A stretch of DNA of 64,000 nt from the NCBI GenBank assembly GCA_964036045.1, contig OZ038378.1, positions 104,904,001 through 104,968,000 on the forward strand. The letters are read 5' to 3'. Positions 11,949-22,700 of the stretch are shown one piece after another; the stretch's first letter is position 1, and each line of letters opens with the position of its first letter. Below the pieces are notes generated by a model, which was not told the DNA's origin, made no database searches, and saw nothing but the letters and a program-made list of their open reading frames with translations. The translations under genes were made by a program, and so were the position numbers. This DNA comes from Eutreptiella sp. 'Long Island Sound 2002'. Taxonomy: Eukaryota > Protista > Euglenida.

Positions 11949-13144
11949 CCCGCCCGCTCGGCGTGCTGATTGCCGCCAGCGCACGGGCCCCATGGGCCTT
12001 TGTGCCCTCAACGCGCAGGTTCTGGTCCGCTGTGTCCGTGGATTGCCCCTCACTTAGCCCACGCAAACTGCACCCTGTTTTGCGCGCCGAACGCGCAAAA
12101 AAGGACCGGTTCGCAACAGGGCAAAAAAACTATTTTTTTGGATGTTTCATGAACGTGATTTTAGACGTAGTGAAATAAATTGCTTTTTTCGTGTTGTGCA
12201 ACTCCGTGTTCCTCAATGTGACGTTTTTTACATTTCTCTGGCGTTCTGAGTGCGCGAGGCCTCGCGCACTCAAGATAGCGAAAGCAGAGTTTATCACGAA
12301 ACGTAACAACCCGTAAGGACTGGCTTTTGCGGAAATACGCAGCTCCCACACGGTATTAAAATTAGGATTGTGTTGACCAGGGAGCATTGGAAGTGTATGG
12401 CTGTCGGACTTCCCATGTTAGGGGAAACACATGTACTGTAAAGTGAAAATAAAATACAAATTTAAGCAACCTGAGTGCGCGAGGCCTCGCGCACTCAGGT
12501 CACGTTATGTATTGAATTTTCAGACTGGATGTGACGCGTACAATTGCAGGTACAGTACGAGACGGACAAACACGTTTGATTTTTCCGGTGTATATGTGTG
12601 TAGACACCATGTTGATCAGATTCAACACGGTATAGAACATTGTTTCCCCGGAAACAATCAGTGCGCGAGGCCTCGCGCACTTAAATGACAGAAGAAAATG
12701 AAAAAGCGATCAAGCTAGGCTACGCCGGTATTTACATTCCCCTTCACGTCTACCACCTGTGACAGTCGATTATACATCGGTAACCTTCGTCATATTTTTC
12801 AGGGGATCAGGGGAATGATTTGCTTTTTTCCAACAGCCACTCGATGGTAGACGTGTCCGGTTTTAATAGCGGCGTAGCCTTCGTTGACCGATAGACATGG
12901 TTTTTTTTTCCAACTGGGTTTAAAGACGGACGCAGAACAGGAAATTGTGGTTGCGAAAACAGTTTGCGGTTACTGGGAACGGAGCGCACGCAGACACCAA
13001 ATCCAATTTGCGGCGACAGCACACGCACCAGAATGACGACAGGAAAAGGCCAGATGTTTTCTAATACATTTTTTTTAAAGGTCGCTGTGCGAAACGATAA
13101 CCAACATATGTGCGCAAATATAATTCCACAGAGAAAGACGCAAA

Positions 13145-15142
13145 ATGCCACTTCGAGCCAGAAAATCCGTAGAGCAACGCATGATTGCAGAAGTAAGCAA
13201 AGGAGCAGCAGCACTACGAGAGGCATGCGCGGCAGAACCAGCATACCAAACAGCAGGTGACCTATGGAAAGGACTGAAACGGAACGACCTGGCGGCGCAA
13301 CTGGTGTTAACATTTGCACAGCGACTCAGGTTCAACAAAAGAACGCGCCACAGTTTACCAGCAGCTAAACGACAGGAGGACAAGCGCTGGGTGCGCATTT
13401 TGCAACAGGAGGGCTGGAACCTGTACCTGTTGATGCGTCAACGGGCAGTACCAAACAGGAAAAAACCGGGAAACACAACAGGGTACCTGACGCAAACAGA
13501 AAGACGAACAAAAGTACGACTCGGGCAAGCAGACGCTGCCGCAGACACAGTGGACGAACAGGCAGCAGCAGCACTTAAAGCAACTTGGTCACTGGTGCTT
13601 TCGTCGTGTTGCGTGCTGTGGATAGACAACTGGTACCGGGCACAATACACGACACACCCAGACGAAAGTGACCGGTCGCAAAACTGTACTGCAATGGCAG
13701 TACTTCAACTGAAACAGAGGCCCACGTATTGGGCAGGACATCCAGCCATTGAGGAACTGGCAGCACGGATAACGACAGTCGCAAGGGCTCTGCAACAGCG
13801 TGAACGGAGAATCCACCAGACATTGCGTGACATGGGGTATGCAGATGGGTGTACACCAGACGCTGGAAACGTGAGAGCGCCGTTGGATGTGAGGAGGGAT
13901 GCAAGGACTGTACAGGCACCGGTGTGGCGCCCGTTTGCCCTGTCCAAAGAGAAGGTAACTTGTGGTGTTGGTCTGTTAAACTTGTTACACTTTGCAAGGG
14001 ACGTAGCACAACAGACAAACAGAGTTCTACCGCTGTTGGTTGACGAAAACATACACTACAGGGTACTAAAGTTGTTGTACGGTGCCAAGAACCAACGATG
14101 GAACATGCGTGCATACCTGCGTTACGTGCCTGTAGTTTACGGTGTCTGGCATGCCTACAAGTTCGTTGTTACTCATACTTTTCGGGTGTTCTGGCCTATT
14201 CTAACCTACCTACGGAAAGGTCTGCTACGACCTGGTTCCACCATACTATCATACCCCAAACTGATAGTTATGGAAAAAACTATTGCTGCGCTGATGCTTG
14301 CCACACCCCGAATACTACGCCCGTATCGGCGCAAGGCACAAGCTGCAACCGCGATCAGTGGTCGTGACACTACGCATGCCAACAGGGCAGCAGTGGCAAA
14401 CGCAGTCTTGCATTTGTTGTCGGATTGGTGCCCGTTGTTGTTGTACTTGGGTCACCTGGTACGGGAGTGCAATTGGTCGGGGGAAAACAACGCTACAGGG
14501 ACACGAGCTCAGGAGGTGTTGCAGTTGAGTTTGTGTCTGTTGCGGAGGCTGCGTCGAGGACCGTGTGACACCATACTGAAGTACGAGCGCACAATCATGT
14601 GCACATTGTTGTACAACAGCAAGTGGCACCAGGACCTGCCCGGTCAGGCACACTCAGAGGAGTTTGGAGAAGGGATGTTGAGCAAGCTGGTGCGGGACAA
14701 GGCGAGAAACACGGGTTCTGTTACTGTTCAGGAGGTGGAAAACCATTACTTGTTGCTAAAGGTTGGTCCTGGTGGAAAACGCGTGGGGGTGCAAAACGTT
14801 CCCAAGAACCTGGTACACAGCATGCGACAACGACTGACCAGATTTTTGGCGACAGACCGGATATGCATGGCCTATGTGGAATGGGAGTCGGACAGAGTAA
14901 GCACGGTTGCACCTTCTTGGCCGCGGAGGTTACCGAGATTTCCGCCCTCACCTACACAACCCCTCGGTTACGACCACTACCGGCTACTTGGTCACAGCGT
15001 ACTAGATGCCCTCATTGACCAGAAAACAAATCCCACCAACCAACTGAAACGGAAACTGGATGCTGTTGTGGGACAGAGAACAGATATGGATGCCGACAGA
15101 CAGGAAGCAGCAACACGCAACGTGCGGCAACGCTTGCGGTAA
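13145..15142 (+). CDS. Putative DDE transposase (665 aa, intact)
   Basis: Uninterrupted ORF inside the TIRs. CCVLWIDNWY, LPLLVDENIHY, YGVWHAYK and HSEEFGEGMLS are spaced like a D..D..(G-x-x-H insertion)..E RNase H-fold transposase. Confidence 0.8.
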   Translation: MPLRARKSVEQRMIAEVSKGAAALREACAAEPAYQTAGDLWKGLKRNDLAAQLVLTFAQRLRFNKRTRHSLPAAKRQEDKRWVRILQQEGWNLYLLMRQRAVPNRKKPGNTTGYLTQTERRTKVRLGQADAAADTVDEQAAAALKATWSLVLSSCCVLWIDNWYRAQYTTHPDESDRSQNCTAMAVLQLKQRPTYWAGHPAIEELAARITTVARALQQRERRIHQTLRDMGYADGCTPDAGNVRAPLDVRRDARTVQAPVWRPFALSKEKVTCGVGLLNLLHFARDVAQQTNRVLPLLVDENIHYRVLKLLYGAKNQRWNMRAYLRYVPVVYGVWHAYKFVVTHTFRVFWPILTYLRKGLLRPGSTILSYPKLIVMEKTIAALMLATPRILRPYRRKAQAATAISGRDTTHANRAAVANAVLHLLSDWCPLLLYLGHLVRECNWSGENNATGTRAQEVLQLSLCLLRRLRRGPCDTILKYERTIMCTLLYNSKWHQDLPGQAHSEEFGEGMLSKLVRDKARNTGSVTVQEVENHYLLLKVGPGGKRVGVQNVPKNLVHSMRQRLTRFLATDRICMAYVEWESDRVSTVAPSWPRRLPRFPPSPTQPLGYDHYRLLGHSVLDALIDQKTNPTNQLKRKLDAVVGQRTDMDADRQEAATRNVRQRLR

Positions 15143-15390
15143 CTGACACCCGCAGTGCGCGAGGCCTCGCGCACTAAACGTTATGAAAACAGGTATGTAA
15201 TGCGATGTGAGTGCGCGAGGCCTCGCGCACTGAGTACTTCGCTAAGTGCCGTGGATTAAGTCACAACAAAGACGTTTGTGGAACAGATTTCCGAAAACGA
15301 CCTGCAAAATACCGTTTCGACTGATTTCAGAGTTCAAATGACCGTGTTTCATGTCATGCCATTTGCCCTTTTCAGGTATTGTTTGGCATC

Positions 15391-18300
15391 ATGAGTGAAC
15401 CAGGGTCGCCAGAACGTCCAGTAACAGACGCAGAGGCCATGGAGTCGTCACCAGGGACCGACCACGGGGACACGCCGAAGAAAGGACGCAAGAAGAAGGG
15501 TGAGAAGAAAGCAATACCGGAGATGAAGCTCACAGTCGAAGTGGCACAGTGGCTGCGGCAGGAGAATGGTAAAGCCGTGAAGGTAAAGATTGCTGATTTG
15601 AAAATTGACAAGACCAAGGAGCGCGGACAGATCCGATCCATCAACTATGACGACGTTGCCAGAAAAGTGGCAGGATACCAAGCACTGCCACCAGCTGGAC
15701 CGTTGCGCATAACGGCGTGGGAGGATGGTGGTATGACTCGCTTCGCTTTCGATCGAAGACGGTTCTTCTTTTTGCTTCGGTACATGATTTGCTTTGCAGA
15801 TGGCTCCCTTTACGTTCTGAATGGTCAACATGGCACAGAAACATGCAGAAAGATTCAGCAACAGCGTCTCGAAGAAGGCAAAGAATTGGAGGATTGGCAG
15901 GAGTTTTGCTACGTTGACATTCTGAAGTACGAAACGCCTTGGAGGATCCGTGCCAAGGTTGCAGGATTGCAACAAGCTGGCAGCCAGTCTGTGACGTGGA
16001 TTCCGCTCTCCGAGGCGCTGGACAACATGTTGTTGTACATTGAGGATCAGAAGCGGGAAAAAGAGCCACAAGATTTCGAGAGGTTCAAGATTGCTGTTGT
16101 CCAAGCTGCCGTCAACTCTGCGTTTCTTGCACCCGAGGCTTTGGAGGAAGCAGGACATACAGTATGTATTCGTGTATCGCACGGTTACAGTGCGCGAGGC
16201 CTCGCGCACTCCATGACACTGTCTCCCCCCGCAGGACTCGACATTCAAGAATTGGAGGGACATCTTCTCCCTGGCGTATTACTGCGGCCGTGAGGCGGTT
16301 ACTGGTATGAGGAACCTCGAGAGTAAGAGCAAGAAAGAGGACGTTACAAGGAATGCCTTCAAGAGGCTGGAGGGGCTGCATCTACCGAGCCTATTGCAGA
16401 AAGTCTGTGCGCACATGAACCTGAAGGACTCGACCTTGAAGACCACCCAGAACTACATTGACGCGCAGATTACGGAACAATGGGTTATTTTCCATCTTGA
16501 CCATCCGGACAATACGCAGCATGTCAACCAGACCGCAGGTATGCGTCAGTGTCGCAGCTGCAGTGCGCGAGGGCTCGCGCACTTCACCACGTTTGTCACA
16601 TCCGTACAGCTGCCGATGCGAAGATCCGAGCAGAAGTCGCAGCACTGGGCACGCCGCAATTGAAAATTGGGCTTGGAAATTGGGGTTATTGGGTGGACGC
16701 AAAAAGTACGAAGTTTCGGTCGCCCTGGCCAAAATGGAAGACGTTGCTCACTGCACCTCTGTGGCGCACTGGGGACAAGGGCGCACCTCCATTACCACAG
16801 ACGTTGGCCGTGCGGAAACAACTGCAAAGGAAGGTTGAGGCACCATCATCGGCACCTTCACAGACACAGCTCAGTAATGGCGATGTGATCAATGTCTCCA
16901 AGTCGGACGAGCAAGGGATCAAATACGCTTTGACAGCCTGCCGTATTGAGAATATTGAAGAGACACCGCCAGGCCGTTTCCGGGATCTGCAGTACCCGTT
17001 GTGGATCATCAACGCTGACCTTTTCATTGAATACGACTCTCCAGGATTTGTTCCGAAGTGGCTGTTCGATGTGATGATGCTGGGGAAAGACGTCATTTTC
17101 TATGGCGAGGCTGATGTTGTGCACCGTATTGGCCGCGAAATGCAGAGGCTCTGGCGTATGGAGAAGGACAAGGATCCAACCACAGTGCCATTCTACCATG
17201 TTCGGTTGCCGGTGTACTCTTGGTTATCGGGTCCCGTGACCAGCAGTACGTATCATCGGCAAAGATTCAGCAACAGCGTCTCGAAGAAGGCAAAGAATTG
17301 GAGGATTGGCAGGAGTTTTGCTACGTTGACATTCTGAAGTACGAAACGCCTTGGAGGATCCGTGCCAAGGTTGCAGGATTGCAACAAGCTGGCAGCCAGT
17401 CTGTGACGTGGATTCCGCTCTCCGAGGCGCTGGACAACATGTTGTTGTACATTGAGGATCAGAAGCGGGAAAAAGAGCCACAAGATTTCGAGAGGTTCAA
17501 GATTGCTGTTGTCCAAGCTGCCGTCAACTCTGCGTTTCTTGCACCCGAGGCTTTGGAGGAAGCAGGACATACAGTATGTATTCGTGTATCGCACGGTTAC
17601 AGTGCGCGAGGCCTCGCGCACTCCATGACACTGTCTCCCCCCGCAGGACTCGACATTCAAGAATTGGAGGGACATCTTCTCCCTGGCGTATTACTGCGGC
17701 CGTGAGGCGGTTACTGGTATGAGGAACCTCGAGAGTAAGAGCAAGAAAGAGGACGTTACAAGGAATGCCTTCAAGAGGCTGGAGGGGCTGCATCTACCGA
17801 GCCTATTGCAGAAAGTCTGTGCGCACATGAACCTGAAGGACTCGACCTTGAAGACCACCCAGAACTACATTGACGCGCAGATTACGGAACAATGGGTTAT
17901 TTTCCATCTTGACCATCCGGACAATACGCAGCATGTCAACCAGACCGCAGGTATGCGTCAGTGTCGCAGCTGCAGTGCGCGAGGGCTCGCGCACTTCACC
18001 ACGTTTGTCACATCCGTACAGCTGCCGATGCGAAGATCCGAGCAGAAGTCGCAGCACTGGGCACGCCGCAATTGAAAATTGGGCTTGGAAATTGGGGTTA
18101 TTGGGTGGACGCAAAAAGTACGAAGTTTCGGTCGCCCTGGCCAAAATGGAAGACGTTGCTCACTGCACCTCTGTGGCGCACTGGGGACAAGGGCGCACCT
18201 CCATTACCACAGACGTTGGCCGTGCGGAAACAACTGCAAAGGAAGGTTGAGGCACCATCATCGGCACCTTCACAGACACAGCTCAGTAATGGCGATGTGA

Positions 18301-19758
18301 TCAATGTCTCCAAGTCGGACGAGCAAGGGATCAAATACGCTTTGACAGCCTGCCGTATTGAGAATATTGAAGAGACACCGCCAGGCCGTTTCCGGGATCT
18401 GCAGTACCCGTTGTGGATCATCAACGCTGACCTTTTCATTGAATACGACTCTCCAGGATTTGTTCCGAAGTGGCTGTTCGATGTGATGATGCTGGGGAAA
18501 GACGTCATTTTCTATGGCGAGGCTGATGTTGTGCACCGTATTGGCCGCGAAATGCAGAGGCTCTGGCGTATGGAGAAGGACAAGGATCCAACCACAGTGC
18601 CATTCTACCATGTTCGGTTGCCGGTGTACTCTTGGTTATCGGGTCCCGTGACCAGCAGTACGTATCAGTTCGACGAGCACTGTATGTGGATCGGAACAAC
18701 GAGTCGCTGGGATAAGCAGGTATATCTGCTTCTTTCGATTGTTACGATGCCGTTGTGTGCGCGAGGCCTCGCGCACTGCTGCCTCCGTTATTCGTCTATA
18801 TTCATCACATTTACAGTTGCCGAACTATGTGTCGTATTCCGCTGGACATTTCGAAGAGATGCAAGAGAAGAACCTCGGCGGTTTCATGCCTCTGATTCAC
18901 GTGCTGTGGTACCTGGACAGATACGTTTTGTGCAGTGGGCTTCCTGATGCAGTGGTTGTTGTGGACGACACGCCTGCCATGGCCGCAAAGATTGCGATGT
19001 CTGACCTCAAAACTAAAGTGGCGTTTCTGGCTGTGTCAACGATCAAGCAAAAGGACCTAGGGAATGCCGTTGGAGGTGCTCTGCAGCATGCAATCGTGAT
19101 GCGGTACATGCTGGAGGCCGATCAGACGGAGCAGGGAGCAACAGCTGCAACTTGGGATACTCAAGAAGAGTGGCTCCAGCGTGGCATTCCACTGTGGGTT
19201 TTGGACAGCAAACGAGGGCATGAAGGGCACCAGCAGGTGCATGCTGCAGAAGCCGTCCAGCAAGATGTCGTGACTGAGGCCCCCGCTGAAGACACTGAGC
19301 CTGGTGCGCCTGCACCTACCTTGCCAATGCAAGCCAAGATGAAGAAGACTACCAAAGTTGTACCAACCCAGGGTACTGCAGCCGGAAAAGGAACACCCTC
19401 GAGTACCAAGAAGCAAGCAAAAGGGAAAGAGAAGGAATCGGACAAGCCCGCGGAATCAGACGACGACGATACTGACGAGGAGTCAGAAGAAGACGATCTG
19501 GAGCAAGTACTGGAGACCCAGCAGAAGCGCAAGCGGGCATCCGCCTCTCACTTCGATGCAAGCAGCCCCGACTCTGGTAAGGAACAGTCCAAGAAGAAAG
19601 CGAAGACTGCTGCCAGTGCTACTGCAGAGTTCAAGCCGCCCTCGCGTTCTGGTACCCTGCCGTCTCGAGGTACCGTTGCCTCTCCAAGTGGGACAAGTAC
19701 AACAGCAAGAAGCCTGGGTTCCAGGTTGGCTAAGGTTGCTGGACCGAAGAAGAAGTAA
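15391..19758 (+). CDS. Multi-exon accessory protein: ParB/Srx-like N-terminus, degenerate circularly permuted methyltransferase-like domain and K/E/S-rich tail; frame broken by an internal duplication
   Basis: GT-AG introns at 15731-15799, 16162-16234, 16539-16609 (duplicates 17574-17646 and 17951-18021) and 18720-18816 each join exons in frame. Peptides: GQIRSINY...YVLNGQHG, YPLWIINADLF, KDVIFYG, DEHCMWIG, FMPLIHVLWYLD, DAVVVVDD. Confidence 0.65.
15849..18667 (+). repeat. 1412-bp-period tandem duplication with apparently identical copies
   Basis: 15849-17255 is repeated at 17261-18667 with a 5-nt filler TCGGC. ORF translations are identical at an offset of 1412. Confidence 0.95.
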
Positions 19759-22700
19759 GTCACCATTAACCCAAGTGTTACGCCTCTTTTTGCAGTCATG
19801 AGTGCGCGAGGGCTCGCGCACTCGCCTTCGACGCGAATGCAATTATATGCCCTTAAAGGGTTGTACATTTTTGCCAAGCTTTTATCTCAGTGTTTGTACG
19901 TTGTGCACTTCGTGTCCTGTTTTTGTTGCCCTCTGTACACAATTGTTTCCATGACCTTGAGTGCGCGAGGCCTCGCGCACTCAGGTACACAAAAAAGCAA
20001 TTTATTTCGCAGGACAAACATAGGTGCAACTGGAGACCCGCAGAATGTCATATTTTGAAAATGAGCTCCCGAACAGGCACGCACCAGTTGGCTTTTGAAA
20101 TACAAAAACGACAAGATTGGTAAAACACACCCCTCAAATCAGACAAAATAATAGTTTATTTTGATAAGCAAAAAGTGGAAAAAAGCAGCAAATTGGGTAA
20201 AATTGTATTTTTTCGGTGGCATCTGGGCCATGTGTGTTGCAAATGTCCAAAAAAAATAGTTATTTGGGCGGTCATTTTTTAGGTCCTTCTCTTCCAAAAG
20301 GGGGTGCAGTTTGCGTGGGCTAAGCCTCAGTGTGCCCGTCACCCGCTGCGGCTGTGGGGCAGGCAACCGCAGGTCCCAGGGCGGCATAGTTGCGACAAAG
20401 GTGCACCTGGCAGGATGCTGAAGCGGGGTCCCGCATAGGGGTGGCAGGTTCCCTGTGCGGCGTCCCACGGTTGGGTTTTGATGGAGGAATGGGCCCACAG
20501 CGGAGGTTCCGTCCCTTCAGGAAGCCGTGAAGGCGTCAAATGACTCAACGTCGCGGGGTTGCCAGTCTGTCGGTTGCTCTTGTCCAGTAACCCCTGAGGG
20601 CTCAACGAAGATCTACACCAGGAAGTTTGCCGCTTCCGGAGCCCGGGGTGGTTGGTCGTTGCATGCCCCCCTGTGCGCTATGTTGCGGCAGTGTTCGGGT
20701 GGGCACGTTTGTCCACGGCTGTGGGTTCCGGCAGGCTGGCGTCGTTGGTGGTTTCATCAGTCTGTCCCCCACCGGTCGGTCTTAGGGGGGGGTGTCGGCC
20801 ACCTGCTCGGCCCCCCGTCCCCTGGTGTCCCAGCCCGGTCGGTCGGTGTCCTCCGCCTTGCCGCCTGCACACGGCTGGTGGCTGGTCTGTGGACAGGGCG
20901 CCCCATCGGCTGTGAGGGGTGGGGCATGTCGCCCCCTCCACGGTGGCCATGGTGCGGCCATTGTTCATGATGTGTTTGATATCCTGGAGCAGCCACCAGG
21001 TCCGGAGGTGGAGGGTGAGCTGCTCCATGTGGTTGGTCCTGGGTACTCACGGATCCAGGTCACAGGCCGACCCACGCTCCACTTCCGCGATGGGTCGGTG
21101 GGTGTCCCCCTTGGACTGCGGGTAGTCCACGTTTTCCTGTCTGCAGGCTGGGGCAATCCGTGGAGGCGGACGGTCCGCTGGCCCGCTCGTGGCGCTGGTG
21201 GCCGCCGGGACACGGGCCCCATGGACCTTTCTGCCGTCTATGCACATATTCTGGTCCCCTGTCTCCGTGGGTCGCCCTTCCGCGTGACCGTCGTCCGCAG
21301 CAGCTGTGGGGCCGGCGGCCGCCGGTCTCAGGGGGGCATAGTTGCGACGAAGGTGCACCGGGCCAGATGCTAAGGCGGGGTCCCGCATAGGGGTGGCAGG
21401 TTCCCTGTGCGGCATCGCACACTTAGTTTTTGACATGGGCCTTGGTCCGACAGGGGGGGGCCATCCCAGCAGGATGCCATGAATGCTTCAAAGCACTCGT
21501 CATCGCACGGTTGGCAGTCCATCAGTTGCCCTTGGCCAGTAGCCGCCGCGGGCTCATCGAAGATCAACGCCAGGACGTTCTCTGCTTCGGGAGCCCGGCT
21601 CGGTTGGTCGTTGATTGCCCCCCTCTGTGCGCTGTGTCTGCGGCAGCGTCGAGGTGGGCACCTTTGTCCATGGCTGTGGGTTCCGGCAGGCCGGCGTCAT
21701 CGGTGATTTCCCCAGTCTGTTCACCATGGGTCGGTACCGGGGGAGGGTCGGCCGCCTGCATAGCCCGCCGTCATTGAATTTCCGTGCTTGGTCGGTTGGT
21801 CTCCTCGGCCTCTCGCTGGTTGGTGGTCTGTGGGCAGTGCCCCCCACCGGCGGCGTCAGCCGTTTCCGGGCAGGCCGCAGGCGGCGCCCAGCCGTCGAAG
21901 CCTGTGTCTGTGGCAGCGCCCCGCTGGGTCGGCGCTGTTGGTGGGTTCCTGGACCTGTTCCCCGGGGGTTGGCGCCTTGGGGGCACTGGGCATTTGTTGG
22001 CCCCTTGTCCAATGTTTCCTGTGCTGTGCTGGTCGGCCTCTGCCGCCGCACAGTCTGCACGTGGCTCTACCCCCGGCTGATGGGTGGTCCTCTGTCAGGG
22101 CGCGTCAGTGATCGCGTCCGCCGGTGTTGGAGAGGCCGCAGGTGGTACTTTAGCGCCAAGACTCGCTGTCGGCACAGCTGCCACTTCCACATCCTCGACT
22201 GTCATTGGCTCAGTTCGACGTGAGCGGCCTGCTCCTCCGCATATTTCGCCTTCGACCTCCCTCGTGGAACGGGCTCTGGTGCCCACCGTGGAGCCCTTCC
22301 GCCGCGGGTTAGCCGCCTGTTTGGGTGGCGCATTCGTGCTGTCCGCGGCCCCTGCCTCCTGGCCCGTCCTTGGGCCACTTGGCACTGGTGGCGCGTGATC
22401 CGTGGTGTCGGCCGTTGCCTGCGTCGTGTCCATGTCCATCCCGTCACCCGACCCTGTCCTTGCTGCCTGGCGGCGTGTTGTGGGTAGGGTTCAGGCCAGT
22501 GCTATCCCCCGTGCGTGCCGCACCGTTGCTCAGGGCTCGTGGTGCGGCGCGCCTGTCGGCGCATTGGCGTCCGGGGTGGTGGCGCGCACCGGGGCCGGTG
22601 CCGGGGTCTAGCCCGGGGTTGGAGGTCTGTCAGGTGGCACGGCTGCTGTCAGCTGGGCTGGCGAACCAAGGTTCGGGTAGCGCTCTGGTTGCGCCTGTGT

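Larger units (their letters stand above)
12247..19983. promoter_or_regulatory. Dispersed 22-bp palindrome AGTGCGCGAGG(C/G)CTCGCGCACT, 12 copies
   Basis: Copies start near 12247, 12469 (extends to a 32-bp perfect palindrome), 12660, 15154, 15210, 16189, 16562, 17601, 17974, 18757, 19800 and 19958. None seen in coding exons or outside the TIRs. Function is inferred, not shown. Confidence 0.9.
12053..20324 (+). mobile_element. 8.27-kb two-gene DNA transposon with 23-bp TIRs and a 5-bp TSD
   Basis: TIR CTTAGCCCACGCAAACTGCACCC at 12053-12075, with its exact reverse complement at 20302-20324. TSD CCTCA at 12048-12052 and 20325-20329. The paralogous empty site near 10540-10570 has a single 5-mer. 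Extra subterminal inverted matches: GAAATAAATTGCTTTTTT and AACTATTTTTTTGGA. Confidence 0.95.
9900..21850 (-). repeat. About 3.5-4 diverged ~950-bp GC-rich tandem units, interrupted by insertions at 11404-11948 and 12053-20324
   Basis: GTTCATGAT(G/T)TGTT(T/G)GAT...AGCCACC occurs near 10240, 11202 and 20960. Minus-strand peptides repeat EQLT(L/I)xxxxWWLxxDIxxIMN. Confidence 0.7.

Noticed and set aside
15139-15375. Splicing that fuses the transposase to the accessory gene
   Set aside because: The candidate donor at 15139 joined to the acceptor at 15375 gives a stop after a few codons, so no fusion frame results.
12247-19983. The recurring palindrome as a CRISPR array or REP-like bacterial repeat
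   Set aside because: Spacing is irregular (56 bp to 2.5 kb), copies sit in spliceosomal introns, no cas genes are present and the context is eukaryotic.
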